Assembly (NCBI GenBank): GCA_964654645.1 | Contig: CAZZJO010000034.1 | Span: 42,086 to 106,085 of the forward strand | Length of the DNA: 64,000 bases | Reading direction: 5' to 3' | From: an uncultured Verrucomicrobiota bacterium | Lineage (GTDB): Bacteria; Verrucomicrobiota; Verrucomicrobiia; Limisphaerales; CAZZJO01 | In this document: positions 36,359 through 47,186 of the stretch, in pieces | Layout: each line of letters begins with the position of its first letter | How positions within the stretch are numbered: the first letter of the stretch is position 1 | Program-made: the position numbers and the translations under genes | The notes under the pieces: generated by a model | Databases searched by the model: none | The model's input: only the letters and a program-made list of their open reading frames with translations | What the model was told of the DNA's origin: nothing

Positions 36359-36550
36359 AGAAATTGCTTTAGGGGATCAAAATGAGCTGTAATCACAAGC
36401 AAGAGTTATTAACGAATAGGCTACCATAGCAACCCGTCTCCGCAGAATTCGAGTTTGATAGAGGTAACTTAAAGGCTGCAACGATATTGCGTGGGGTGTT
36501 GGAGAGCCTGGCATTGTCAGAAAACAGTACTAGGCCCTTGTGAAAAATTT

Positions 36551-38677
36551 TTATGGCTCGAATTCAGGCACTATTTTGACCTGATAGAGGACGACTGGTT
36601 TATTCTGGTGGATTGATAAGTTTACATTGCCGGAGCCCACGATGTTAGAGCCTACTTGAGAAAATCCAGAAGTAGGGTAGTTGGTATTGACAAGGATTTG
36701 ATATGCGCGACGAGGTGCTGTGGGCCAAGTCAACGTAAGGTTTGTGGCCCCCTCTATCATGTAGCCAATTTGGAATCTTGAATGTTTATTTGTAGGATTG
36801 GTACCAGCAACCCATTCAGCGAGGTTAGTGGCACCGTCTTGGTCAGGATCAACCTCAGGACTAATTCCCACACACTTGAAGTAGAATTGTTCCCACCAAT
36901 CAGGTAGGCCATTATAATCGGTGTCAACGATTTTTGCTAAATTGAGCCGTCCAGCAGTGGCTACTCGTTCTCGAAGCGATTCTAAGGGATCTATGGCTGA
37001 AAGGATTCTTTTAACACGTTGATCGAGGGGCTCATCCGGAAAGTTTAATGCGGCGAGACCTACAGCAGCAGCTACAAGGGGTGTGGCCATTGAGGAACCA
37101 GTTTTATAATCGTAAACACTTGTTTCATCAGGCCAAGCTACCACCACCCCTGGAATAGGGCACATGTTACTAAGTAGTAGTCCAGCTTCCATCGTGATTC
37201 CAATTACGGGAATCCAGTTGGAGTTATATTGCAGGGTGCCGCTTATGCTCCCAGAAGTGTTGTTGTAAATAATTGCTGCTTTTGCGCCTGCAGCCATTGC
37301 GTTAGCGATCTTGGTACTAAAATAGATTTCGCCACGTTGGATCAATGCGATGTTGTTGCTTACTTCCCGTGGAAAGTCTGTGGGATAACCGAGTCGGCAA
37401 TGGTAGATAATTCCAGTTACTCCAGGAGTAACACCGGCATATTCAAAATGTTCTCCTTCAAAAACGTTGTTTGTGGTTACCACACGGCAATTTACGAGCC
37501 CGTATTTCAGTGGAATTGTTGACAATATACTATAACCAGGGGCGGCCAGATGGACGGAATTCGTGCCGTAGTTTGCGAACGTGGGGAACTGATCTTCTTG
37601 ATCGGTTGCACTTACGGTTATGATATTTTCCAGTTTGTAGCAGGCAGGGTACACGGGAATATTATCGATATTTTCGCCTTCGTTTCCCGCGGCTGTGCAG
37701 AGGATTATACCTGCTTGCCCAGCCAACTGAATTACCACGAACTCCGCCTCGTTAGAATACGATCCGGAATAAGAGGCATTCAAGGCCACTACATTAAATC
37801 CCCGTTGGCGCAGGGAAACGGCGTATTCAATTGCTGCAATGATGGCGGCGTCTTCCAAGTAGATGCCATCTGAGGAGGCTTTAAGTGGGAGGATCTTAGT
37901 TTTGTAACATGCCCCCGAAATCCCTATGCCATTATCTGCAGTTGCAGCAATGATACCCGTTACGTGAGTACCGTGGTCTCCTGAGTCACTTGAGTCCCAG
38001 GAGCCGGTTGCAAAATCGTATCCCCATATGTCATCGACGTAACCATTTCCATCGTCATCCACACCATTAAAAGGAATTTCTAATGGGTTTTGCCATATGT
38101 TAGAAATCAGATCGGGGTGGGTTCTGTCGACTCCAGTGTCGATTACTCCTATGATCACTGTGTTCGTAGATTCGCGGGTAAGTCCCCAAGCAGCAAGAAA
38201 TTTTATGTCAGCCCCAGGTGTTCCTGTGACACCGTTGATAACTTGGCCTGAATTATTTAATGCCCATTGATTAGAGAAAAACGCTTCTAGCGGAGGTCGG
38301 ATTTGAATTTCAGTGATTTTGCGTAAGTAGTTTGGTTCGACGGTTATTACAGCAGGATTGGTTTTAAGCAATTGAATCAACGCCTTGGTAGACAGGTTGG
38401 TGGAAGTCAACACCATCCATGGGGATTTGTATTTCTCGGTTAAAAGGGTGAACTGCCGTTTTATATGGAGATCATGAGCGCTAAGAAATTTTGCAATAGT
38501 AGACTTTGAAGTATCCTCGCGCCATCGAACGATCACTTCTCCTTCTTTGTACTCTTTGGAGGGATCGAATTCAAATGTTTTTGCAGTCCAGCTGAGTGGC
38601 AAAAATAGCGCAAGTAAAAGTGGTTTGATCAGTCTTTGCACACATTGCTTAATACACACAGGTGCTAGGAGGGGCAA
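36551..38677 (-). CDS. Secreted subtilisin-family (S8) serine protease with a PA domain and a C-terminal beta-sandwich module
   Basis: Signal peptide. Catalytic triad motifs VIDTGVDRTHPDL (Asp), GDHGTHVTGIIAA (His) and GSSMATPLVAAAVG (Ser). PA-like insert ALIQRGEIYFSTKIANAMAAGAKAAIIYNN. DPDQDGATNLAEWVAGTNP calcium-binding-like motif. Confidence 0.88.
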   Translation of the reverse strand: MPLLAPVCIKQCVQRLIKPLLLALFLPLSWTAKTFEFDPSKEYKEGEVIVRWREDTSKSTIAKFLSAHDLHIKRQFTLLTEKYKSPWMVLTSTNLSTKALIQLLKTNPAVITVEPNYLRKITEIQIRPPLEAFFSNQWALNNSGQVINGVTGTPGADIKFLAAWGLTRESTNTVIIGVIDTGVDRTHPDLISNIWQNPLEIPFNGVDDDGNGYVDDIWGYDFATGSWDSSDSGDHGTHVTGIIAATADNGIGISGACYKTKILPLKASSDGIYLEDAAIIAAIEYAVSLRQRGFNVVALNASYSGSYSNEAEFVVIQLAGQAGIILCTAAGNEGENIDNIPVYPACYKLENIITVSATDQEDQFPTFANYGTNSVHLAAPGYSILSTIPLKYGLVNCRVVTTNNVFEGEHFEYAGVTPGVTGIIYHCRLGYPTDFPREVSNNIALIQRGEIYFSTKIANAMAAGAKAAIIYNNTSGSISGTLQYNSNWIPVIGITMEAGLLLSNMCPIPGVVVAWPDETSVYDYKTGSSMATPLVAAAVGLAALNFPDEPLDQRVKRILSAIDPLESLRERVATAGRLNLAKIVDTDYNGLPDWWEQFYFKCVGISPEVDPDQDGATNLAEWVAGTNPTNKHSRFQIGYMIEGATNLTLTWPTAPRRAYQILVNTNYPTSGFSQVGSNIVGSGNVNLSIHQNKPVVLYQVKIVPEFEP

Positions 38678-38919
38678 TTTTTATTTGGCCCTAATCGGGA
38701 CTGAAAACATTTTCGGTTTCGACTTTGATGTGAAAAGACATCAAGACATAGAAGATCGAATTAACAAGGTGTATCAATTATTGACTTGGCTTGGATAGTG
38801 AACTGGGCTTTTGGAGAGGCGGGACCATGGACAAAAAATGCTACGGAAACCAATTGGAAGTTGGATTTCCTCAGCATTACAATCTTGCGTTTCCTGTACT
38901 TGTACCAACCTTAAGGCCT

Positions 38920-41900
38920 TTATTCACCTATCGGCATGCTAATAAGGTAAAATCTCTGAGGAGGATTGGTAGTAATGGGCAGGATTGTGATAGCCTTACC
39001 CTGGCTATCCAGGTAATTTGTAGCAATACGGGTCCAAGCGCTTATAGGCAGTGCTGGGTTGGTACTAGCGAGGATGTAGTATTTTGCGTTTGGTAATCCG
39101 TCATATACGTTGAGCTCTAGGTTATTCCCAGAGAGTGTAACCCAGACACGTGGGGCTTGGGTAAGTGTTCCGGTTATTCTGATGGTACCATCAACACTGA
39201 ATGTACTTAGATCCCATTGTAGCCCTGGACCAGGGGTAGCTGGGATGATTTCATTTACATAAGCTGTTATCATATTTTCACCTGCTTGTATCACCTTGAA
39301 TGTGTCTCCTGGGAGGAACGCGCCACCTAAGTTGCTAACGACTAAGGTAATTCCGCCGAAGGTGACCCAACCTAGGGAGGAGAGTGAGTCATATTGCCCT
39401 GTGGTTTTATCGACCTCGATCCAGAGCACACTGCCATAATCCAAAGTAAGGTTATTTAAGCATGTCATTTGCCCCAGTCCATTGCCTGGTGAGAGTATAC
39501 CACCGCCCCAGACGTTTATAGGTCCTCCAAAAGTACCGTTACCTGTAAGGGTTGCTCCGCCGTAAACTGTCACCATTGTGGCACCGAGACTCCCGTTGAT
39601 TTCGAGGGTGCCTTCCCGAACTTCAGTAGGTCCCGTGTATGTAGAATCCCCTGTGAGTGTGAGTTTGCCTGGACCGATTTTAACCAGTGCGGCAAGCCGC
39701 GAAGAAGTGCTGTCGGTGATTGTGCCTTCAAACACAGTGGAGGGCTCATTGGTATTAGAACCAATTACCCAGGTTAGGGTACCCGTCCCACTGCCAGGAC
39801 CAGTTACACGCGTATTAGCTCCTCCTTTAAGTGCACCCACCACGATTGTATTTGGGTTTCGAGCTAAGAGTGTAGCGCTGCCTTCTCCTAGATCAATCGT
39901 GGCATTTGGACAACCTAAGCAGGTATCGCCCGCTGCACTTCCTGCACTATTAAACCTGAAAGAGCCTGTGCTTGTACCAAGGTAAAATGTGCCCGTGAAG
40001 TTAGTTAGGTCCCCATTGAACGTTAGGACTGTTCCAGATGGGATCTCAACGTTAAGTTTGCAGGAACCGCTTATAGCACCATTTATTCGGTTATTTGCGG
40101 TTCCCGACCGAATGGTGCTTTCGCGGGCTATGTGAATATTATTGGGGAAGTTGCCATCGGCCGGAAGGGTAATATACAAGACTCCACCGTCTAAAACGAC
40201 AGTGTTTGTACTGGCGGAGCCAGCTTGAGTCACCTGGAGCGTACCTTTGACAGTGGTAGGTCCTGCGTAAGAGTTGCCTGCATTATTGAGTCTCAAAGTC
40301 CCTGTCCCTTCTACGACCAAACCACCTTCGCCTGTCAGAAGACCGTCTAAAGTTAACGTAGCGTTGCTGTTTACCACTTCGATTTGGCCGTTTTGCGGGC
40401 CCAATGTCATGCCGCGATCAATTGCGATAGACCCGCCAGTATATTGTAATTTACCGCCGAGTAATTGGAGGTTTTGGGGATCAGCTGTTGATTGACCAAT
40501 TGGGGAAGGTTGGTTCCCGTTGGCGATCCAAGACACACTTAACACGCCTCCTGCAATTTTAGTAGCGCCACCGTAGGTGTTCGTGGTATTGATTGTTAGT
40601 TTCCCTGAATTGGTTTTAATTAGTTCGGTTGTTGTTCCACTAATCGCACCTGCCCCGGTAAACTCATAATTGTCCGCAGTATCAACAACCACTTTGGCAG
40701 GAAGCACGGGACCTGGAATCTGTACAACACTATTAGCCAGACCCAGGTCATCAAAGACTGCTGTATCGCCATTTAGGAACTTTTCCAGCTGGCCGTTTAG
40801 GAGCCAATTTGTTGATGTGTCCACATCCCATACATTATTTGCCGGGTTACCGACCCATCGGACTGTGGCCGGCTCACGGCCAGCTGCAGTTACGACCAGA
40901 TACAGCGTTTTAGCACTTAGGTTGTTTGAAATATATCCGGTTACACCACTGAGGGTTAGGCTCGACAGTGCCCCTAACAATGAACCACCGTATTGGATTA
41001 TGGGAATGACCGAATGAGCTGGGGCCGTACCATTGACGAGCAAGGTATTAGCACCGTCTAACACAAGATCCCCACTAAGGACTATAGCGTCATTGATTGG
41101 ATTAGTTGCATTTGCAAGGTCAAATGTGAGAATTGCACCCCCAGAGATTGTCATAGTACCTTGGATGTTTAAGGTACCGTTGGTGCCATCTGTGCCGGGG
41201 TTTATACAGCTACCTGATGCAGCTTGGATGTTACCGATTATGGTACCGCGCCCCATTAACGTTCGCCCTATGCCCAACGCAAGTGTACCAATACTACTGC
41301 AATCCAGGGTAGTACCTTGTTCTACTAACACAATTCCAGCTGCACCAAGCGTGCTGGAGCCAGTGAGAGCCACTGTGCCTTCTAAAATTAAGGTATCCCC
41401 AGTGTAGTTGGCTGGACCTCCAATTATTAAAGTTCCGGTTCCCATCTTAATCAATTTTCCGCTGCCTGTAATTCCGCCATTGAGGGTGATGTTGTGTGGA
41501 TTGTTTTCTAAGTCAGCTGCTTTAATGATCCCGCCATTGAGAGTGAGTGGAACTGTGCTTTCCCAATCGGCTAAGGCGCCAAGAACTCCGCCTGTGAGTA
41601 CGAAAGCTAGGCCAGCTAGGGTACCACCAGTTTGGACTCCATTCGGCCCAATGTATAGGGTACCGGCGTTTGTTATGTAAGTTCGACCAGTAACATCTTC
41701 CGGCCTACCCAAATAAAACCCGGTTATTAAGTTTGTTCCCCCTAAAACTGAGTAGTAAACAATAGTATTGTTTTGGGTATGGCCGCATAAGACTGCTGGT
41801 GGCCCATTGTGTTGGAATAGGCCCCCGAGCTGTAAAAATCTTGAGGTTCGATTGGCTGTAACTTGACGGATTTGGAGGTTTCCGGTGTTGGTAACGTTAC

Positions 41901-42666
41901 CACCTGCCACAATCATTGAGAGAAACGAGTTCCCATTGGGCCCACCAATGTCTAGGCTAGTTGTTATCACTGTCCCATTACTCACGACTAAACCTTCTGT
42001 GCCAATTGCTCCGAAACCACCACTTGGTTGGCTCCGCCGGATTTCGACGTTACCTAAGAAATTTGATCCGCCGAGAATTAGGACTCGGGCATTGTACGAG
42101 AGGTTTCTTGGATTTATGCGAGTTGCTGTTGCAATTATGTTGCCTCCGAAATTGGTGAGTGAGCCTAAAGTGTTCCCACTTTGCCCGTGACCTCCAATGT
42201 CCAAGTCCCCACCTACCGTTAGGAGTGCATCGGGCCATATAACTAGGGAAGCCACGTTGGAAATTATTAAGTTCCCGTTTGGCACGGACATTTCACCTTG
42301 GTTAGTAATGACCACTACGGTACCACTTCCTCTAAAAATAGCTGCATCGCCGGAACCAGCTACAACAAATCCTGGTGCGCCTATGAGCAGTGGACTCTGT
42401 GCGTCAATGGTTCCAATGCTGGGAGCCGGCATTGGGGATGTGTAAAGGATCTGTAGATATCCGGGGTCAATGATCACGTTTGTGCCCTCACCTGGGACTG
42501 ATTGGTAAGTGCCATCAATTAACCAGTTTGCGGGGTTGCCCCACAAGTTATCGCCTCCAAGCCCAGTCCAGAGGGCTTGTTGGCCTAAGGAAATGATAGG
42601 TCCAGTTATTAGGTAGGTAGCGAAGATAACCATTCCAACGCAGTGGGCAAAACGCAGTGGTTTCAT
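38920..42666 (-). CDS. Giant surface/secreted protein made of autotransporter-associated beta-strand (PATR-type) repeats, with no autotransporter barrel
   Basis: Dozens of degenerate ~30-aa Gly/Thr/Asn-rich repeats (GTGTLIIGGPANYTGDTLILEGTVAL, GKLTLTGDSTYTGPTEVREGTLEING, etc.). Likely start at M33 (MKPLRFAHCVGMVIFATYLITG, signal-like, nt 42666); the track start is 42762. Confidence 0.8.
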   Translation of the reverse strand: MKPLRFAHCVGMVIFATYLITGPIISLGQQALWTGLGGDNLWGNPANWLIDGTYQSVPGEGTNVIIDPGYLQILYTSPMPAPSIGTIDAQSPLLIGAPGFVVAGSGDAAIFRGSGTVVVITNQGEMSVPNGNLIISNVASLVIWPDALLTVGGDLDIGGHGQSGNTLGSLTNFGGNIIATATRINPRNLSYNARVLILGGSNFLGNVEIRRSQPSGGFGAIGTEGLVVSNGTVITTSLDIGGPNGNSFLSMIVAGGNVTNTGNLQIRQVTANRTSRFLQLGGLFQHNGPPAVLCGHTQNNTIVYYSVLGGTNLITGFYLGRPEDVTGRTYITNAGTLYIGPNGVQTGGTLAGLAFVLTGGVLGALADWESTVPLTLNGGIIKAADLENNPHNITLNGGITGSGKLIKMGTGTLIIGGPANYTGDTLILEGTVALTGSSTLGAAGIVLVEQGTTLDCSSIGTLALGIGRTLMGRGTIIGNIQAASGSCINPGTDGTNGTLNIQGTMTISGGAILTFDLANATNPINDAIVLSGDLVLDGANTLLVNGTAPAHSVIPIIQYGGSLLGALSSLTLSGVTGYISNNLSAKTLYLVVTAAGREPATVRWVGNPANNVWDVDTSTNWLLNGQLEKFLNGDTAVFDDLGLANSVVQIPGPVLPAKVVVDTADNYEFTGAGAISGTTTELIKTNSGKLTINTTNTYGGATKIAGGVLSVSWIANGNQPSPIGQSTADPQNLQLLGGKLQYTGGSIAIDRGMTLGPQNGQIEVVNSNATLTLDGLLTGEGGLVVEGTGTLRLNNAGNSYAGPTTVKGTLQVTQAGSASTNTVVLDGGVLYITLPADGNFPNNIHIARESTIRSGTANNRINGAISGSCKLNVEIPSGTVLTFNGDLTNFTGTFYLGTSTGSFRFNSAGSAAGDTCLGCPNATIDLGEGSATLLARNPNTIVVGALKGGANTRVTGPGSGTGTLTWVIGSNTNEPSTVFEGTITDSTSSRLAALVKIGPGKLTLTGDSTYTGPTEVREGTLEINGSLGATMVTVYGGATLTGNGTFGGPINVWGGGILSPGNGLGQMTCLNNLTLDYGSVLWIEVDKTTGQYDSLSSLGWVTFGGITLVVSNLGGAFLPGDTFKVIQAGENMITAYVNEIIPATPGPGLQWDLSTFSVDGTIRITGTLTQAPRVWVTLSGNNLELNVYDGLPNAKYYILASTNPALPISAWTRIATNYLDSQGKAITILPITTNPPQRFYLISMPIGE

Positions 42667-43157
42667 GGTAGTAAGTAGTTCATTAAATTTTGACATTGGA
42701 GGCCAGGGCCTTCCCTTACAAGTATTTGCCCAAATATTATGATATTTTACCACCTGAGTCAAGGTTGGTTCAGTGGCCGTTTCTGGTGAGCTCTTGCATA
42801 TTTGGATTTAGAAAACCCTCATGGTTTCCTAGGCGCTTACTTATTGGGGTCAATCTAATACCACGGGTAATTCATTAAGCGTGCCCGGATTGTTTTAGAG
42901 AACCGCCTCACCAGCCCTCTCTCGTTTCGATGCCGAGAATCGGGCTTTGGCTTTTAAAATCGTGTTTGGGTATAAATTTTCTAATCAAGGAGCCCCAAAA
43001 TTTTGTTTGCTTTTCCAAGTCAGAGCGGTTCCCTCGAACGTATTTTCTGGGATTAGTTTCGCTACATTGGAACGATTATTTAATTTTGCGAATCGCGCAA
43101 ATGCAGGCAGTTTTAAAAAAGATTGTCTTAAAAGGGGGGGCTCAATAGTCTTGGTAT

Positions 43158-44117
43158 ATGCCCAAAATCTATGCGGACATTACTCGGACGATCGGCAACA
43201 CTCCCCTAGTACGGTTGGAAAAGACGGCGAGGTACCATGGTGTGGTGGCTGAGATTTTGTTGAAACTGGAGTTTTTCAACCCCTTGTCGAGCGTAAAGGA
43301 CCGGGTGGGTGTGGCTATGATTGAGGCTGCAATAAAGGAAGGCAAGCTAGGACCCGACACAGTAATAATTGAGCCTACGAGCGGTAACACTGGGATTGCT
43401 TTGGCGTTTGTGGCAGCTGCTCGCGGGTTACGGCTTATCCTTACTATGCCGGAAACTATGTCAGTGGAGCGTCGAAAGTTGCTTAAGGTGTTGGGAGCGA
43501 AATTGGTTTTAACTGAAGGGGCACGGGGTATGCGTGGGGCTGTTGAAAAAGCCTGGGAGCTTCAGAGAATGATCCCGAATAGCATAATCTTGGACCAATT
43601 CAGTAATCCGGCGAATCCAGAGATTCATCGTCGGACAACAGCCGAGGAAATCTGGCGCGACACTGACGGGCGTGTTGATATGTTGGTGGCGGGGGTGGGT
43701 ACCGGAGGCACAATCACTGGTATAGCAGAGGTGATAAAATCGCGAAACCCGGCGTTTAGAGCAATTGCAGTAGAACCAGCTAGGTCGCCGGTTTTATCCG
43801 GTGGACAACCCGGGGCCCATAAAATACAAGGCATAGGGGCAGGTTTCATACCAGCTGTACTAAATCGAAATATAATTGATGAAGTTATTCAGGTTGAAGA
43901 TGAAGATGCTGGGGAGACTGCGCGATTAGTGAATAGACTTGATGGGATCCCGGTGGGGATTTCTAGCGGTGCCGCAATTTGGGCTGCTATCCAAATTGGG
44001 AGGCGACCTGAGAATGAGGGTAAGCGTATTGTCACAATCGTTCCATCATGCTCGGAACGATACTTGAGCACATGGGTGTTTGAATCAGTAGATGTGGGTA
44101 GTGATCCTGTTCCTTAA
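43158..44117 (+). CDS. cysK: Cysteine synthase A (O-acetylserine sulfhydrylase)
   Basis: [25 protein letters not shown] (PLP Lys), [22 protein letters not shown]. Confidence 0.9.
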   Translation: MPKIYADITRTIGNTPLVRLEKTARYHGVVAEILLKLEFFNPLSSVKDRVGVAMIEAAIKEGKLGPDTVIIEPTSGNTGIALAFVAAARGLRLILTMPETMSVERRKLLKVLGAKLVLTEGARGMRGAVEKAWELQRMIPNSIILDQFSNPANPEIHRRTTAEEIWRDTDGRVDMLVAGVGTGGTITGIAEVIKSRNPAFRAIAVEPARSPVLSGGQPGAHKIQGIGAGFIPAVLNRNIIDEVIQVEDEDAGETARLVNRLDGIPVGISSGAAIWAAIQIGRRPENEGKRIVTIVPSCSERYLSTWVFESVDVGSDPVP

Positions 44118-44268
44118 ACCAGACATTTTGGAGACATCCCGTCGAAGCGGGTTTTTATGCTTATATCAAGAGCTAGAGGGACTCACTTGTTTTTGGTTTT
44201 AGGCATGCAGATTGTCGGGTTACGTTTTTTAGTTTCGTTGCTGCAGGGGTTTTAGTAAACTTCTGATT

Positions 44269-44673
44269 GTGTCGGAGATAGTAAAATTCGTTCAGCATGG
44301 GGCTTCCCATATAACACCTGCGCTTGCCGAGAAGGTCTTGCGTTGTATTCCTTCTTGGAAAGTCGAGTTTGCTCGGATAAACGAGCCTCAGTTCCCTCAC
44401 TTGGTAGGGCAGCTAGAGTTTTTAGCGGATGCTGTGGAGGACACACTTGAGGGGGCTTATAAAGATCTTCCTTATATTGCTTTGGCCCAGGCTGTTTTTG
44501 CCTTGATTTATGCGCACCAGCAAACTGGAATCATTCCGAATTACATCCCTGAGCTAGGTCGGGCGGACGATTCAAGTATTGTCCGGGCCGTGTTAATTTT
44601 AAACGAAACGGCTTTTGCGCGGTACGCAGCTTGGCGCGGGCTTAATTGGAAGAAGATTTCGACTGCTCCTTAA
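44269..44673 (+). CDS. Hypothetical protein (134 aa, GTG start)
   Basis: ORF only. No motif recognised. Confidence 0.35.
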   Translation: MSEIVKFVQHGASHITPALAEKVLRCIPSWKVEFARINEPQFPHLVGQLEFLADAVEDTLEGAYKDLPYIALAQAVFALIYAHQQTGIIPNYIPELGRADDSSIVRAVLILNETAFARYAAWRGLNWKKISTAP

Positions 44674-44724
44674 AGAGAAAGAGGAGTAAAATTCGTAACT
44701 GGGAGAGGGAGACGGGAGGCTTTG

Positions 44725-45558
44725 TTATGTTTTGGGTTTACGGGCGATTATCATTCCTTGCATTATTTTCCCTGAAGCAGCCAATTCAGCTGTAAACCGT
44801 AAGTCGTTTATTAATGCGTCGTAAAATTTTTCGTTGAAGTTCAGCAGTCTTAAGATGTCGTACTTGAACTGTTTTGATGCGAGCTCCAGGTAGATTGAGG
44901 CGAAGTTAGCGAATCGACCGGTATTCTCCGCAAATTCCACTTTAGCACCAGTGGTTTTCAACAAAACCCGGTACTCTTCCAGTGTAAGGATGCTTGGAAA
45001 CTTCATAAAAGCAAGAAACCTACTTGCTTCCTCATTAGTCATTTCGTTGGGCCCTTCCATCCAGTCAGTGAAAGCGATAATGCCACCCGGTTTGAGAAGT
45101 CTGAGTGCTTCCGAGATTAGTTTAGGTTTGTCCTCTACGTAACACCAGGCATCTTCGCCCCATACGAAATCGAAACTATTTGCTGGAAGGCCTGTTTGTG
45201 TTGCTTCACCGAGGATTAGGGTCAGTTTTTCTAAGAGATTTTCCTCCCTTGCCCGGGTCCGTGCTACTTCAAGCATGTTAGGGGTAGCATCAACCCCTGT
45301 CATATGTGCTACTTCGTAAAATCGGATTAGGGCTCGCATACCAGCCCCATTCCCGCAACACAAATCGACACCTTTCTGGCCCGGTTTTATATTTGCTCGA
45401 GTAGCCAGTTCTATAGTTGATTGCAGTCCACCGATATGGATTTGATCCCCCATTAAAAGCTCCCAGATTCGACCTTCTGGCCCCGCGTACACTTGTTGGA
45501 CTGTCCAAAGCCGGATTTGGGGTGCGCTTTTCATATCAATTAGCTCGCAACCTTCCAA
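44725..45558 (-). CDS. Class I SAM-dependent methyltransferase
   Basis: Motif I GVDLCCGNGAGMRAL, then post-I VDATPNMLEVAR, then LKPGGIIAF. An alternative start is M9 (45534). Confidence 0.8.
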   Translation of the reverse strand: MEGCELIDMKSAPQIRLWTVQQVYAGPEGRIWELLMGDQIHIGGLQSTIELATRANIKPGQKGVDLCCGNGAGMRALIRFYEVAHMTGVDATPNMLEVARTRAREENLLEKLTLILGEATQTGLPANSFDFVWGEDAWCYVEDKPKLISEALRLLKPGGIIAFTDWMEGPNEMTNEEASRFLAFMKFPSILTLEEYRVLLKTTGAKVEFAENTGRFANFASIYLELASKQFKYDILRLLNFNEKFYDALINDLRFTAELAASGKIMQGMIIARKPKT

Positions 45559-45588
45559 AAGTTAAGTATTTAAAAACTTAGCTGGTAT

Positions 45589-46776
45589 TTACAAGCTTTG
45601 ATTTTTTGGGTTTCCGCTTGCTACTGTTTCGACCAGCGCTTCCACCCGCATTCCAATCCGTTCAGCGTCAGCGAGGTAGTAATCCGTATCGATTTGCAAA
45701 TATGGTATGCCTAGTTCTTGCTCGGCAAGTTTTTTGATCCAGAACGACTCCACGCTATACGTTAAGCAAGCGTGCCAAACCAAATCAATTACCGCCTGCG
45801 CTCGAAATTCTTTTACCAGGTGTCGTATGAGATCCAAGCGTTTGGAATTAGGAGTCTTAATAGAACACGGGATGACCGAATATTTCTTTGCAAGGGCATG
45901 GATAGGATCGGGGTGATCCTCTTCCACGTCTTCCATTATAGGTTTTAATCCTGTGCAGTTTTCTTGGGCCACTATTACCACCCTATGGGCCTCGATTATG
46001 TCAACTATTCTTTCCATACCATGCACTATAGGCACACCGGTCAAAAGCACACGTACCCTCCCATTAGTTCCGTCACTTTCGGTCTGACCAGTGTTAATAA
46101 AACGGTCCATAATCGCTTGGTATTGTTTAAGGTCCTCGGGAATACAGGAGATGATACTTTTACATTCTAGGACCTGGCGCCCAGTGATGGGGGGCGGATT
46201 GGCTTTCATCAAATAAGCTATAGATCGTCTGAGCCTCCGCTCGCTGTTCATCAATTGTATGGCTTGGCGTAGTTTTGCGTCTGTTATTTTTACTTTGAAT
46301 TGGTCCTCCAGATAGGTTTTAAGGTTTCTAAATTCTTTCGCCAAGAACAGAATTGCTTGGTCTGAATCTTCGCGCTGGGGTATTTCTATCAGGTAAGTTG
46401 GCAAGTCCAGGCCCATCAATTCGAACATCTTCTTTTTTCCATCACAGGTGGCCTCTGCGATTACTAAGTCTGCCATTTCCAAGAATGGATTGGCGTGTTG
46501 GACCAGGAACCCGTAGGTAGATTTTACAAGTGGGCACAGGTTTGCTGGCAGCCTAGTTTCCGCTTTCGGTATAGTGTCTGGATCTCCCCCGCAAAGGCAT
46601 ACAGGAACGGCGCCTGCTGCTATGATTAATTCTCGTGGAGCATATTCGCACATTATTCCTACTATTGGCCTGCCTTCTGCAACAGCGCGCTTGGCATATT
46701 CCAGGCACCTTGGGATCATTTGCCCGAACCATTCAAAGCCGGTTAGTTCGGCCTGATTTGTGCAACATTTGCTCAT
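45589..46776 (-). CDS. 2-hydroxyacyl-CoA dehydratase / BcrC-BadD-HgdB family protein (double-cubane-cluster-type)
   Basis: CEYAPRELIIAAGAVPVCLCGG and later conserved Cys positions (EATCDGKKK, ENCTGLK, HACLTYS) resemble the family signature as I recall it. Confidence 0.6.
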   Translation of the reverse strand: MSKCCTNQAELTGFEWFGQMIPRCLEYAKRAVAEGRPIVGIMCEYAPRELIIAAGAVPVCLCGGDPDTIPKAETRLPANLCPLVKSTYGFLVQHANPFLEMADLVIAEATCDGKKKMFELMGLDLPTYLIEIPQREDSDQAILFLAKEFRNLKTYLEDQFKVKITDAKLRQAIQLMNSERRLRRSIAYLMKANPPPITGRQVLECKSIISCIPEDLKQYQAIMDRFINTGQTESDGTNGRVRVLLTGVPIVHGMERIVDIIEAHRVVIVAQENCTGLKPIMEDVEEDHPDPIHALAKKYSVIPCSIKTPNSKRLDLIRHLVKEFRAQAVIDLVWHACLTYSVESFWIKKLAEQELGIPYLQIDTDYYLADAERIGMRVEALVETVASGNPKNQSL

Positions 46777-47186
46777 AAAATGCTTTTTTCTTTACCTGCC
46801 CCTCTATACAAGTTGAGTTTAACCCTGACGTAATTATAGCTTCAAGTAATTTTGGGTTACTTGCTTTTTGTTGATTATCCATCGTGTGGCTTCTCCCCCC
46901 TACAATCAAACCCCAGTTAGGCAAGGTTGATGTTGAAATTGTATGCAAAATGGAAGGTTCCGGCTCCGAATCGTTTGAATGACAACCCAAGGAACTGCGG
47001 TTAAAATGAGGCATTCACTATTCCTGGTGATCTCCCCAATGTTGAGTGGATGCACCCTAAAAATGTTTAATGAATTCATCAAGGGTTTATATGGGACTAC
47101 GTGAGTGTATTTCCGTTGAATTAGGCTGGAAGGTATCTCGAATTTTGGTAGGGTGAAAGCCCAGCTCGGTCAAAAATCGGAGTTGT

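Noticed and set aside
39578-42445. A series of plus-strand ORFs (39578-39985, 40274-40495, 40670-41017, 41033-41407, 41408-41680, 41885-42190, 42197-42445) antisense to the PATR-repeat gene.
   Set aside because: Their Pro/Val/Ser-rich translations are the expected mirror of a Gly/Thr/Asn-rich repeat gene on the other strand. They have no independent motifs and are fully nested in a well-supported CDS.
46733-47014. A 93-aa minus-strand ORF upstream of and overlapping the start of the dehydratase-family gene.
   Set aside because: It has a different frame from the supported CDS and overlaps its first codons. No motifs were found.
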